From Candidatus Poribacteria bacterium (GTDB lineage Bacteria > Poribacteria > WGA-4E > WGA-3G): 64,000 nucleotides of DNA. Of the stretch, positions 49,424 through 59,108 are shown one piece after another. Under the pieces are notes generated by a model. It did not search any database. It was not told the DNA's origin and saw nothing but the letters and a program-made list of their open reading frames with translations. Where the stretch lies: positions 992,001-1,056,000 of the forward strand of contig OZ251518.1 in NCBI GenBank assembly GCA_965242965.1, read 5' to 3'. Every line of letters begins with the position of its first letter. The stretch's first letter is position 1. The position numbers and the translations under genes were made by a program.

Positions 49424-52255
49424 ATGCAGAGTTTATCACTGAATTTTCAAACAGAGACGCTTCATGCGTTAACTGATAAAATCAAAGCGGGGATGGAAGG
49501 CCGGATAAGTTGGGGTGATACCTTCGGGCTCGCGCTGGGGCTGGAGGGGGACAAACACCTCATCGTCTGGACACCGAAGGAGACATCCGAGAGCGAGATT
49601 TTGCCGGGCTTCGATGCGGAAGATGGCACGCTTACGTTGAAGATGAAGCCGCGTCCGGGGGCGTGGGTGTCTTGGATTGACGAGACACGTGTGAGTTCGG
49701 AAACCCAGGATGACCACGAGCGAGTTTATCGGAGTGTTCATGAGTTAGAACGCAATGCGCGCCAGATTACGGATTTCGCCGATGGGGTTCTCGCCGAGAT
49801 TCTCGTTCAACATTTAGGCACGACGCACAAACTTTCCACGCTCACCCAGGAAATCTTGCAATCGCGCTTGGCCGTGCCGAGCACTATCAAAACGGGCGGC
49901 TACATTCTCGCGCAAGGCACCGATGACGACACGGGGGAGATTCCTCCGGCGACGGTGATTATTCCGGAACAAACCCACATTCATCGGATACATCTCAACG
50001 AAGATGTGCTGCTGGAGACGCTTCAGGAGGAGAAGAGCCATGATGTGCTGCTTGTCGTGTTACGGACGCACATCCGACAGTATCCGGACCTGATTGATTT
50101 AGAATACTGCTTGACGTTGCAGTTACGGTTGGCTGATGGGGCTTCGCCGAAATCGGATATTGAGGAAGCGGCGGAGCTGCCCGGAGAAGAAGAGGAGAAG
50201 AACGCCGCGAAACCTCCGCCTGTCCGGGTCCTCGCAACTGCTGCTGCTTACGAACCGCTTGAGCCGGAGTTGCTGAAGTTGACACCTATCGCGTTCACCG
50301 CGCCTCTGGAAGAGATTGCGGCGGCGATTCACGCGAGTTCCGAGTATGTTGATACCTACATGGTGAAGGCGAACCAGTATGCCTCTCAACTGATGGCGGA
50401 ATTTCAGCAAGGCGTGGAGACGCGGTTGCGAGCCTTGGTTTTGAGCCCGGGCCAGCGTGTGCATAACAAGGTTTGGGATGGGCTTGTGACGCAGGAGCTG
50501 CGGAATACCCTTGAGACGTTTGTGTCTTACTACGCCGATTATCTCACCGAACATTTTGAGGAAGAAGCCGCGAAGGCGAAGGTTGAGGCACTGAAACAGA
50601 GCCTTGAGCCGCTGATAGAATTTTGGCAGTTGCAGGATAGCCAGCAAGTCACGTTGAACCACCTGATTCAGTCAAGTTATCGTCTGACGAATCAGGTGTT
50701 GGATAGAGCTGCCGGGCTGTTTCATGAATTGATGTTCGAGAAGGACTTCATCGGTGCTGGGCTTGTGGCACCGGTGTCACTTCTTAATTTTGAGAATGGC
50801 GAGCTGCTGGACGAGATTTACCTGCCGACCTGGACGCGGGCTAGCGTGCGGGAGAAGATTGCGGGTATCCAGCTCCGTTCAACTTACCATGAGAAGCAGA
50901 TTGAACGCCTGCGCAATATCTGGCTAGAGTTGCTTGCGTTGGCGAACTTCGCGAGTCAGCATCGGCAAGATTTTGAGGCGTTTATTGCGCCGTTGGCAGA
51001 TTTGCTGCTTGCACCGAAGGCGTTGCCGGCGCAGCGGCGGCGGGCGGCGCAGCGGCGGGGGACTCCTGATTTTGCGGGGTTTGAAATCAGTGATGAAGCC
51101 GCGGAGGCGTTGCTGAACCGTGTGAAGTCGCATCTCCCGACGATAAAGTTGTGGCTGGCGAATACGCCGGCGCGGAATGCCGAGAAGGAACCTCACTATG
51201 CAACCTTGTGGACGCTCCTGCTGGATGGGAAGTTGCGGGAGCAGCTGCTGGAGAAGTTTGAGCCGACGTGCGACATCACGCTGAGTGTGCCAGACCAGGC
51301 GAAACGGCTGATTAACCTGACGTTGGGTAGCACGCTGGTTATCCAGAGTGAGCGGGACAGGAAGACGTTGGAGCGGCAACTGAATCGTGCCGTTAATGCG
51401 AAAACGGGACACGAACTGGCGGAGTTGACGAAGGAAGAGTTCCTCGGTATCCATGGGGATGTGCTCCTCGCTTCGCTTCGTGAGGCGTTAGAGGGTTACA
51501 GCGAAACATTGACAAAGCGCGCCGCGCGCCTCAGCAATGCGCCGAAGAGAGCGAAAAATCGGAGACGGGGACAGCAGCGGAAGGCTGTGGATACCGATTC
51601 GCTTGAGGCATTGGAGGCGGAGCAAAAGAAAGTCGCTGATCTCGTCGATTTTCTGAACCCTTACCGGCAGGAAGAATCGGTTGCCGTTTTGGCCGAGGCG
51701 GGGCTCAATCCGCGGGCTGCCACGCTGGAAGACATTCGGAAGAAACAGGTGCTGAGTTTCGATTTGAGCGAACTGCCTGCCATCGGTGAAACGTGGCTTG
51801 AGGGATGCAAGACGGTGGAGGATTACCCGAATCTGCGGGTGTTCCTCCTGCAAAATCAGCTGCCTATTTCGACAGCCGGGCGGCTTTTGATGGAACTGCG
51901 GAATCGTTTTCCGGACGAGCTCTTCAATCACGTCTTGGGTTTAATCCAAGAGGTGAAGGCACTTCAAGCCGCCGAGTATCAAGGCGAGTTGATGGAGCAG
52001 TTTGTGGGCTATCTCGCTGAGAAGGTATGGCGGTGGGAGTTGACGCAGATTACGGAGACGGAGCTGCCGCTGTTGCTGAAGGAGAAGGTGCTCGCCGCGG
52101 CGATTTGCTACGAAAAAGAGGTGGAGTCCTTGATGGAGTTCGTTGAACGTTACGACGAGTTGGTGTCAACGAAGTTGGCGGCTGGTTCGGAGATGGACGG
52201 CCAGCGTCAAAACTTGGAGGCGCAGTTTCAGGCGATTGTTGAGACGCTGCTGTGA
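49424..52255 (+). CDS. Large hypothetical, mostly helical protein (943 aa)
   Basis: Long ORF with host-like codon usage; no motif recognised. Confidence 0.8.
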   Translation: MQSLSLNFQTETLHALTDKIKAGMEGRISWGDTFGLALGLEGDKHLIVWTPKETSESEILPGFDAEDGTLTLKMKPRPGAWVSWIDETRVSSETQDDHERVYRSVHELERNARQITDFADGVLAEILVQHLGTTHKLSTLTQEILQSRLAVPSTIKTGGYILAQGTDDDTGEIPPATVIIPEQTHIHRIHLNEDVLLETLQEEKSHDVLLVVLRTHIRQYPDLIDLEYCLTLQLRLADGASPKSDIEEAAELPGEEEEKNAAKPPPVRVLATAAAYEPLEPELLKLTPIAFTAPLEEIAAAIHASSEYVDTYMVKANQYASQLMAEFQQGVETRLRALVLSPGQRVHNKVWDGLVTQELRNTLETFVSYYADYLTEHFEEEAAKAKVEALKQSLEPLIEFWQLQDSQQVTLNHLIQSSYRLTNQVLDRAAGLFHELMFEKDFIGAGLVAPVSLLNFENGELLDEIYLPTWTRASVREKIAGIQLRSTYHEKQIERLRNIWLELLALANFASQHRQDFEAFIAPLADLLLAPKALPAQRRRAAQRRGTPDFAGFEISDEAAEALLNRVKSHLPTIKLWLANTPARNAEKEPHYATLWTLLLDGKLREQLLEKFEPTCDITLSVPDQAKRLINLTLGSTLVIQSERDRKTLERQLNRAVNAKTGHELAELTKEEFLGIHGDVLLASLREALEGYSETLTKRAARLSNAPKRAKNRRRGQQRKAVDTDSLEALEAEQKKVADLVDFLNPYRQEESVAVLAEAGLNPRAATLEDIRKKQVLSFDLSELPAIGETWLEGCKTVEDYPNLRVFLLQNQLPISTAGRLLMELRNRFPDELFNHVLGLIQEVKALQAAEYQGELMEQFVGYLAEKVWRWELTQITETELPLLLKEKVLAAAICYEKEVESLMEFVERYDELVSTKLAAGSEMDGQRQNLEAQFQAIVETLL

Positions 52256-52266
52256 AGGGATAATTC

Positions 52267-53166
52267 ATGAAAATCGTTTTGTTTGGGAATAGTCCGTTCG
52301 CTCAGACGGTTGCGTGGGGTTTGGGGCAGTCGGAGTTGGCGAGTGAAATCGCTTTTGTGCCAGGTACGCACGCTGCGCGCACACACTGGGACATGGAGGC
52401 ACTTGCCAAAGCGAACGCTCTCAGTGCCAGCGATACGGCGATTTCCTTCTCCGCTACGCTGGAGGGGTTGTCGGGTGCAGACATTATCGTCATGCTGCCG
52501 CCGAAGGGGCAAACGGCGTTTCGTTCTGTCCAAGCCGCTAAGACGACGAGTCTCGCGCTTGCAAGGCAGGTTGCACCGGGTATCAAAGAATCGGCACCGG
52601 ATGCGAAGGTGTTGGTAGCGATGTCACCGACGAATTACGTTGCTTCGTGGATGCATCAGGCTATCGGCGGCGATGCGCGGGTAATCGGGCTGGGAAATGG
52701 TTCCGCTACGGCGCATCTGATACATGAGATTGCACAGCGGCTCGGTGTTTCGGTGAAAGACGTGAGCGCGCTGGTGATTGGGAACGACCGGGGGACGCAT
52801 CCCCTGCCGCAATATTGCCGCGTGAACGGCATTCCGCTTGCGCAGTTGATGTCCGAGGCAGAGATTGAAGCGTTAATTGACGGTATAATTTCTGGTTCTC
52901 CCGGTTCTTGTTCATCTTGTGCTGAGGGGGGATACCCACTGGCGAGCCACATTTTGCAGGTGGTTTCGGCGATTGCGCGTGATAAAAAACGGGTGATGAG
53001 TCTCGGCACCCCTGTCTCGGCGGGGGCGACATCGGTTTACCTGAATGTGCCGGCGAAGATTGGCCGCGCGGGCGTGGAAGGCATTGTCCCGCTCGCGCTT
53101 ACGGAAGAACAACGGGAGCTGTTTAAAGCACTGGTGGCGCAGAGTGCCGCCGAGCAAATCAAATGA
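52267..53166 (+). CDS. Malate/lactate dehydrogenase-fold protein lacking catalytic residues
   Basis: GADIIV, APDA, RVIGLG, IAQRLGVSVKDVSALVIG, VNGIPL, LTEEQ; no GxGxxG, DxxR or catalytic His. Confidence 0.75.
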   Translation: MKIVLFGNSPFAQTVAWGLGQSELASEIAFVPGTHAARTHWDMEALAKANALSASDTAISFSATLEGLSGADIIVMLPPKGQTAFRSVQAAKTTSLALARQVAPGIKESAPDAKVLVAMSPTNYVASWMHQAIGGDARVIGLGNGSATAHLIHEIAQRLGVSVKDVSALVIGNDRGTHPLPQYCRVNGIPLAQLMSEAEIEALIDGIISGSPGSCSSCAEGGYPLASHILQVVSAIARDKKRVMSLGTPVSAGATSVYLNVPAKIGRAGVEGIVPLALTEEQRELFKALVAQSAAEQIK

Positions 53167-54281
53167 GAGAGATATATCAAAAAATCCCAGAACTCATTGA
53201 TGCCGCCCAAGTCGGTGCCTATTGCACTGTTGTCGAGACGAAAGGCTCGACACCGCAGAAGCCGGGTTCAAAGTTGCTTATTCTCCCAGATCTTCGGAAT
53301 ATCGGCACGCTGGGTGGGGGCTGTGTAGAAGCGGAAGCGCGCCGACAAGCTATCGGGTTGATGCAAGGCGGTGTGCCGCGGCTCCTTGAATTCCAATTGG
53401 ATAGCGATTACGGCTGGGACGATGGCCTCATCTGCGGCGGCAACATGAAAATCTTCATTGATTTGCCGAAGACGCGCGCCGAATCGGACATGTTCATGCG
53501 GTTACAGGCATTGAACGCGCAGAAAGTCCCTCTCGTCTGTGCGACGGTTGTGAAAAGCGAGCAGCGCGGTGTAGACGTTGGCATGAAGATGCTCTTCGCC
53601 ACCAACGGGGAACGCATTGGCACATTGGGCAACGCGGCATTGGAAGCGTCCGTGGAAAACGAAATTGACACCGTTCTGGAAAAGAATCGCGCGGGGGTGT
53701 TTCGGGCAGTGAACGGGACGATGTCCGTTTTCCTGGAGCCGCTTCAACCGCGTCCTACTTTGCTCATCGCGGGTGCGGGTCATGTTGGGCAAGCACTCTG
53801 TCATCTCGGCAATTGGCTTGATTTTGATGTTGCCATCGTTGACGATAGGGCAGATTTTGCGTCAAAGGCACGGTTGCCGGAGGCGGATGAAATTATTATC
53901 GGTGATATCGCCGGGGAGCTCCGCAAATATCCGATTAGCCATCTCACCTACGTTGTCATCGTGACGCGCGGGCATCAGCATGATGAGTCTGCGTTGCACA
54001 GCGTTGTTGAGTCGGATGCGCGCTATATTGGGTTAATAGGCAGTCGGCGGAAGATTAAACTTATCTTCGATGATCTTCGGGAAGCGGGGGTTTCTACGGA
54101 GAACCTCCGTCGGGTTTACGCGCCGATTGGATTGGATATTCATTCTAAAACGGTGCCGGAGATTGCGGTGAGCATTGCGGCGCAGCTTATTCAGGTGCGC
54201 AATGGTGGTGAAGAGATTCAGCGCGCGCCTATGCGGATGCCGACGATTAAGTTAGAAACGGTTGCGGAGGCACTGGCATGA
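53163..54281 (+). CDS. XdhC/CoxI family molybdoenzyme accessory protein
   Basis: GSTPQKPG, GTLGGGCVE, GLICGG, GAGHV, TRGHQHD, YIGLIGS, APIGLDI. Confidence 0.93.
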   Translation: MREIYQKIPELIDAAQVGAYCTVVETKGSTPQKPGSKLLILPDLRNIGTLGGGCVEAEARRQAIGLMQGGVPRLLEFQLDSDYGWDDGLICGGNMKIFIDLPKTRAESDMFMRLQALNAQKVPLVCATVVKSEQRGVDVGMKMLFATNGERIGTLGNAALEASVENEIDTVLEKNRAGVFRAVNGTMSVFLEPLQPRPTLLIAGAGHVGQALCHLGNWLDFDVAIVDDRADFASKARLPEADEIIIGDIAGELRKYPISHLTYVVIVTRGHQHDESALHSVVESDARYIGLIGSRRKIKLIFDDLREAGVSTENLRRVYAPIGLDIHSKTVPEIAVSIAAQLIQVRNGGEEIQRAPMRMPTIKLETVAEALA

Positions 54282-54634
54282 AACACGGGCTGCCGGAACG
54301 CACTATCCAGAAACTTTGCGAAGTCTTCAGCCATTATCCGGAAGTCGAGAAGGTGGTGCTCTACGGTTCGCGGGCGAGAGGCACCTATAAAAACGGTTCG
54401 GATATCGATTTGACGCTTTGGGGGCCTGAGCTCTCGCATAAGGTGCTTTCCCGAATTGATACCGAATTGGACGATCTGCTTTTGCCGTATATGATCGATT
54501 TGTCGATTTTCAGTCAGATTGGAAATCCTGCGATGATTCAACATATCCAGCGCGAGGGTATCAGTCTGTATGAGAAGTCGGACAGAGGAGGTGGCGGCGC
54601 GCATCATGAGCGACATTCGTTTACCCGAAAATAA
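54278..54634 (+). CDS. Minimal nucleotidyltransferase (MNT) domain protein
   Basis: LYGSRARGTYKNGSDIDL, LLLPYMIDLS. Confidence 0.9.
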   Translation: MKHGLPERTIQKLCEVFSHYPEVEKVVLYGSRARGTYKNGSDIDLTLWGPELSHKVLSRIDTELDDLLLPYMIDLSIFSQIGNPAMIQHIQREGISLYEKSDRGGGGAHHERHSFTRK

Positions 54635-54947
54635 ATCGTGGACGCTGGCTGAGGTGGTGGAGGTTGTGCAGCAGACGCTCGCGGCGGTGGGGGAAGAATC
54701 GACGCAAAATCAACTCCGATATTCTCCGGACGATGTCTATTGGCTGTTGCATGACATGCTCCGGTATGTGAATCGGAATGTCCCCGGTGAGTATACGCTG
54801 CGGCGGTTGGAAAAAGGCACCTATCGGGTTACCTATTCGGCGGAGGATACCTCCAGAAAGCAGTCTCGTAAGAAACTCAACGCGGAACTCCGCAAAACGG
54901 CGGATTATCTGAAGGAGTTGACGGGGCGGCGGCCGCCGTGGGGGTAG
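54606..54947 (+). CDS. Hypothetical protein
   Basis: GAGGAGG upstream; 113-aa ORF overlapping the MNT stop. Confidence 0.6.
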   Translation: MSDIRLPENKSWTLAEVVEVVQQTLAAVGEESTQNQLRYSPDDVYWLLHDMLRYVNRNVPGEYTLRRLEKGTYRVTYSAEDTSRKQSRKKLNAELRKTADYLKELTGRRPPWG

Positions 54948-54957
54948 TTTTTGCGGC

Positions 54958-55135
54958 TGCATTGAGAGCGGGAGTATTGCATCGAGACCGGGAGGTCTCT
55001 CCTACGGGGAGCATCGAGAGCCTGTTCGGGATCGGGCGATCCCGAATTACAGAGGTGGAGGGCTCTCCTACTGCATTGAGACCAGGAGGTCTCTCCTACG
55101 GGGATGCATCGAGGCCCGAGGTCTCTCCTACAGGG
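54958..55135. repeat. REP-like cluster
   Basis: Several gcatcgagaccgggaggtctctcctac variants. Confidence 0.8.
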
Positions 55136-55161
55136 GACTGCGTGTATAGGAGGAGAATTTT

Positions 55162-56061
55162 ATGAATCACGAACCGACGTTATCGGAAAATACTGTTGGT
55201 ATTGAGGAGATTGAAATGTCGGTGGATGCGTTAGATGTCGCGAAAGCCGCCGACATCTTTAAAAAGCACGGGTGCCTCGTCGTGCGCGGTTTGATGGCAC
55301 CCTATATTGACGCAATCCATCGCGATATTGAAGCCGCTGCGGCTGAGTCCATCTCGTTGTTGGACAAAGCGGAACGCATCGTTGAAGGTTGGCGCACGCC
55401 GAACGGCACGTTGTTCCTGCCTGCACCCGATGGCTACGCGCGCGATAAGCAGATTATGGTGTTGGCAGTGAATTATCAGACGAGCGCGGCGTTCTTCCGC
55501 TCCGCTTTTGATGAAACCGCTGTTAGCATCGTTGCGGCAATTCTGGGACAGAACGTGGAATTGTTCGGGAATGGACAGTGCCTCTATAAGGAGCCGGTCG
55601 GCGGTCATCCGAAGCATCTGCATCAGGACTCGGCATATTTTGAGCATCGTTACGAAGGACCTGTTGGCATTTTGAACTACGTTGTTGACACCGATCTTGT
55701 CAACGGCGCGTTGCATGTCGTTCCCGGTTCGCATCGGTTGGGACAACTTAAGCATATTGATACGTTCTCGCACCTCGGCTTGGAGGCGGATGAGTGGCCG
55801 TGGGAGAGAGCGCTCCCGGTTTCAGGCAAGGCGGGGGATTCGATTTTCTTTAACGTTAAGACGGTGCACGGGTCCAAGCAGAATATGTCTGATAAACCGC
55901 GCCCGGTCTTTATCAACCGTTATCGTCGGACAGATGACTACGTTGTGGTTGGCGGGACAACGACAGCGAATCGCGCCGAGGCGGAGAAGCGCGCCGCCGA
56001 AGCGAAGAAGGCATCTGGTGATAAGGGGTTGATGTTGCGGGGGTTTCGGCCTTATCAATAG
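55162..56061 (+). CDS. Phytanoyl-CoA dioxygenase (PhyH) family protein
   Basis: LHQD, NGALHVVPGSH, TVHGS. Confidence 0.9.
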   Translation: MNHEPTLSENTVGIEEIEMSVDALDVAKAADIFKKHGCLVVRGLMAPYIDAIHRDIEAAAAESISLLDKAERIVEGWRTPNGTLFLPAPDGYARDKQIMVLAVNYQTSAAFFRSAFDETAVSIVAAILGQNVELFGNGQCLYKEPVGGHPKHLHQDSAYFEHRYEGPVGILNYVVDTDLVNGALHVVPGSHRLGQLKHIDTFSHLGLEADEWPWERALPVSGKAGDSIFFNVKTVHGSKQNMSDKPRPVFINRYRRTDDYVVVGGTTTANRAEAEKRAAEAKKASGDKGLMLRGFRPYQ

Positions 56062-56067
56062 GGGGTG

Positions 56068-56340
56068 CGGGTAGGAGAGACCTCCCGGTCTCGATGCCGC
56101 CACCGTTTCGGGAGCAGGCGCTCCCGAACTACAGAAACGGAGCAGAAACCTCTTCGGGAGCAGGTGCTCCCGAACTACAGAAACGTAGAAGAAACCTCCC
56201 GGAACGTAGGAGAGCCCTCCCGGTCTCGATTTTTCGGGGAGCCTGGCTATCTATGCGTAGCGCGGGGGCCTGTCCCCCGCGTTCGTTGTGTGGCGCGGAG
56301 TCTGTCTATACGTAGCGCGGGGGCCTGTCCCCCGCGTTTC
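56068..56340. repeat. REP-like cluster with three hairpin types
   Basis: gtaggagagacc, ttcgggagcaggcgctcccgaactac and cgtagcgcgggggcc units. Confidence 0.85.
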
Positions 56341-56343
56341 TTG

Positions 56344-56766
56344 CTACGGTTGGAATTGATAGAGCATCAGATAGATAATGACCCCTGTTATGGAAACATA
56401 AATCCAGATAGGGAAGGTAATTTTTGCGATGCAGCGGTGCTCGGGAAAACGTTTCTTCCACGCGAGATAGAGCGTCCGCAGTGCCAACGGAACGATAAAA
56501 AACGCTAAGATGATGTGGGAAATCAAAATGGTATAGTAAACGGGACGGATCCAGCCTTGCCCAGGAAACGTTTTTGAACCGGCGTGGTAGTGATAAACAA
56601 GGTAACAGACGAGAAATAGTGCCGATACGGCGAACGCGGCGAGCATGCAATTTTTATGCGCCTCGATTTTCCGCCGCCGAATCAGCACATACCCTATCGT
56701 CAGCAGCGTCCCGCTGAGGGTATTGAGCAAGGCGTTGACTGTTGGTAAATCTGAAATGGCGAGCAA
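56344..56766 (-). CDS. DUF420 membrane protein
   Basis: LPTVNALLN, HKNCM, FLVCYL.YH, ILISHI, IWIYVSITG. Confidence 0.88.
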   Translation of the reverse strand: MLAISDLPTVNALLNTLSGTLLTIGYVLIRRRKIEAHKNCMLAAFAVSALFLVCYLVYHYHAGSKTFPGQGWIRPVYYTILISHIILAFFIVPLALRTLYLAWKKRFPEHRCIAKITFPIWIYVSITGVIIYLMLYQFQP

Positions 56767-56815
56767 TTTGTCCTCCTTTTTCCGGTAGGCGCGGTTTCAA
56801 ACCGCGCCTATAGTT

Positions 56816-57694
56816 TTAGCGCGGCCACCGATAGGCTTGCACGCCCTTGGAATGCTCTAATGCGAATTCCCAACGTTGACACCACGTTTCATAATCGGTT
56901 TGCAGCGCGTGCGGCCGCATCCGGCTGCGCATCAGGAACGCCGGGTAAAAAGGTCTGCCTGTCGGCTGGTAAACGTCGTGATAACGCAGGTCGAAGCTCC
57001 ATCGGATGCTTTTTGATTCGTTCGGTTTTGCGCTGTGGAGCGTGTAATTGTGGAATAAGATAACGCCCCCGGCGCGAATCGGCAGCGGTTTTGGTTCAAT
57101 CTCGGTGGGCTGATGTTCTGGGAGGACAGCCAAGCCGCTGGCGGTCCAATCGTGTTGAAATAGCCCCTGTCGATGGCTTCCCGGCATGACTTGGAGACAG
57201 CCGTTTTCCAACGTTGCATCCACAATCGGTATCCAGACGGTGAGCATAAAGTGGGCATCGGTATCGGGCCAGCAAACACCTGCATCTTGGTGCCATGGTG
57301 TGGGTGCTCTCTGCGATTCGCTGAGTGGCATCACGGCGCGGATGTGTTGGATAGGATTGCAGACTACCTCGGGACCGACAAAAGATTCCGCGATATCAAG
57401 GATTTTGGGGTTCTTGAGGAAATTGAACGTTGCTTCGCCGCGCGCCTGCATAATGTCAAGATTCGCTGTGACTTCCGGTGCCTCGGCGGCGAGATGCAGG
57501 AGCCGTTCGGTGAAAGGTTTATCGGCGTGCGCGGAGTTAACCTTTCCTTCGGTGTGCAACTTCTCGGCGCGTTCGGCGATGATTGCGCTGTATTCGTCAA
57601 TGACAGAGCCCAGGTCTTCGGTATCCAGCACATCTTCAAGCACGAGATAGCCGTTTGTGTGAAAAAATGAAACGTGAGAATCGGTGAGATGCAT
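56816..57694 (-). CDS. Phytanoyl-CoA dioxygenase (PhyH) family protein
   Basis: FHTNGYL, WHQD, NGCLQVMPGSH, TLHSA. Paralogue of 9934-10800. Confidence 0.9.
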   Translation of the reverse strand: MHLTDSHVSFFHTNGYLVLEDVLDTEDLGSVIDEYSAIIAERAEKLHTEGKVNSAHADKPFTERLLHLAAEAPEVTANLDIMQARGEATFNFLKNPKILDIAESFVGPEVVCNPIQHIRAVMPLSESQRAPTPWHQDAGVCWPDTDAHFMLTVWIPIVDATLENGCLQVMPGSHRQGLFQHDWTASGLAVLPEHQPTEIEPKPLPIRAGGVILFHNYTLHSAKPNESKSIRWSFDLRYHDVYQPTGRPFYPAFLMRSRMRPHALQTDYETWCQRWEFALEHSKGVQAYRWPR

Positions 57695-57740
57695 GTTAGT
57701 TTCCTCCATTTGAACGAGAATTAGGTCGCGTTCTTGAGGG

Positions 57741-58229
57741 CTACGCTGGTTCATAATCAGGGTTTATGGCAATGAGCATATCAGGGGTATATTCGGGTTC
57801 GTTCTCCCCGTATGCTGCTTCAAGCCCGTGTGCGCTGCTGGGTGCGCCGGTGCTCCACTTCGCACTGGGTTCTTCAGCATCGGGATTCAGGCTGATGAAC
57901 ATATCAGGCGTATATTTGTGTTCGTCCTCCCCGTATACCGCTTGACACTTTTCAACGAGGTTCCCGATGAACTCCATCAAAGGGGCAAGGAGATGATTTT
58001 TATCCTCGCCGACTACGTCGATTAACGCATCTAGGGTGGCAATAAGTTGCTCATAATCGTCGGATGTCACCGAAGCGAAAAATGTATCTTCATCAACGCC
58101 GGTGAATGTGTTCGCGATTGCGACAAGCAACGTTGTCGTATCAGAGGCTTTAGTGACTTGTATGCCAGAGATGGCTTTGATGTCACGTTCAGGTGCGCCT
58201 TGTAAGTGACGGTGATTCGGCGTGGACAT
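57741..58229 (-). CDS. Hypothetical protein with HigA-like helical segment and duplicated acidic tail
   Basis: LDALIDVVGEDKNHLLAPLMEFIG; repeat YGEDEHKYTPDM..NPD / YGENEPEYTPDM..NPD. Confidence 0.65.
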   Translation of the reverse strand: MSTPNHRHLQGAPERDIKAISGIQVTKASDTTTLLVAIANTFTGVDEDTFFASVTSDDYEQLIATLDALIDVVGEDKNHLLAPLMEFIGNLVEKCQAVYGEDEHKYTPDMFISLNPDAEEPSAKWSTGAPSSAHGLEAAYGENEPEYTPDMLIAINPDYEPA

Positions 58230-58234
58230 GCTAT

Positions 58235-59056
58235 TTACCCCCATCGCTGTTCCGGCGGGTCGAAGACGAACCCGTGGAAAAACTTCCGCTGCGCTGGCGA
58301 AAGTGTGTCGTTATAGAACGGCTTCGGATACCCCCAATGTTCCTGCGAGGCAATCATCCAGGGGTGTTCATACGCGTAATAGAGCATCTCGCGGCAGCCG
58401 TCAGGTTTAGTAAAAATGCCAGCAGAGTGCCAGAGCGCGTTGTGGAACAAAATTGCACTCCCTGCCGGGGCGCACACTTCCAACGCGCCGGAATACTCGT
58501 AAGGATAGCGGAGCTCCTCGTGATTCGGTTCGCTCATCGCTTTATGGCTTCCGGGGAGGAGCCACAGATTGCCTTGTCCTCCCGCTGTCATATCGGTGAG
58601 GTAGTAGCCGATTTTAAGTTGCAACAACGGAATCGGACGCAGGTTGCGATACCCTTCATCGTGGCCGTCAATGTGCCATCCCATCGGCCGTTGGCTCAAG
58701 TCTGTGCCGTGTTCAACGATGGCATCGGAGGCGTGATGGTGCGGCATCTTACTGAGAAGTCCCGTGATATAAGGGAGCATCGGTTGCCAATCCAGCAGCT
58801 CCAAAAAGCACGGATGGTCAGCGAGAATATAGAAGATGCGGGTGCTTCTCTCACCGTGAATCTGTGTCATCCCGGTTTGCGGGAGCCCTTTCGTTTCAAG
58901 CTCGCGTCGTTTTTCCATAGCTTCGGCGAGGGCATCCCGAAGTGAGGCGACATGCGTTGCGGCGAGAAAGTTTTCTAGCACCAAATAGCCGTTGTTCTCA
59001 AAGAAGAACCGTTGCGTTTCTGTTAATTCGTGTGACACGTATCCGCTCCTTTTCAT
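58235..59056 (-). CDS. Phytanoyl-CoA dioxygenase (PhyH) family protein
   Basis: FENNGYL, WHID, LPGSH, LWHS. Confidence 0.9.
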   Translation of the reverse strand: MKRSGYVSHELTETQRFFFENNGYLVLENFLAATHVASLRDALAEAMEKRRELETKGLPQTGMTQIHGERSTRIFYILADHPCFLELLDWQPMLPYITGLLSKMPHHHASDAIVEHGTDLSQRPMGWHIDGHDEGYRNLRPIPLLQLKIGYYLTDMTAGGQGNLWLLPGSHKAMSEPNHEELRYPYEYSGALEVCAPAGSAILFHNALWHSAGIFTKPDGCREMLYYAYEHPWMIASQEHWGYPKPFYNDTLSPAQRKFFHGFVFDPPEQRWG

Positions 59057-59108
59057 GCAAAAAGATAGAATTCCTTATTCCTTCGTTGCCGAGGTTAAAG
59101 TATCCCGT

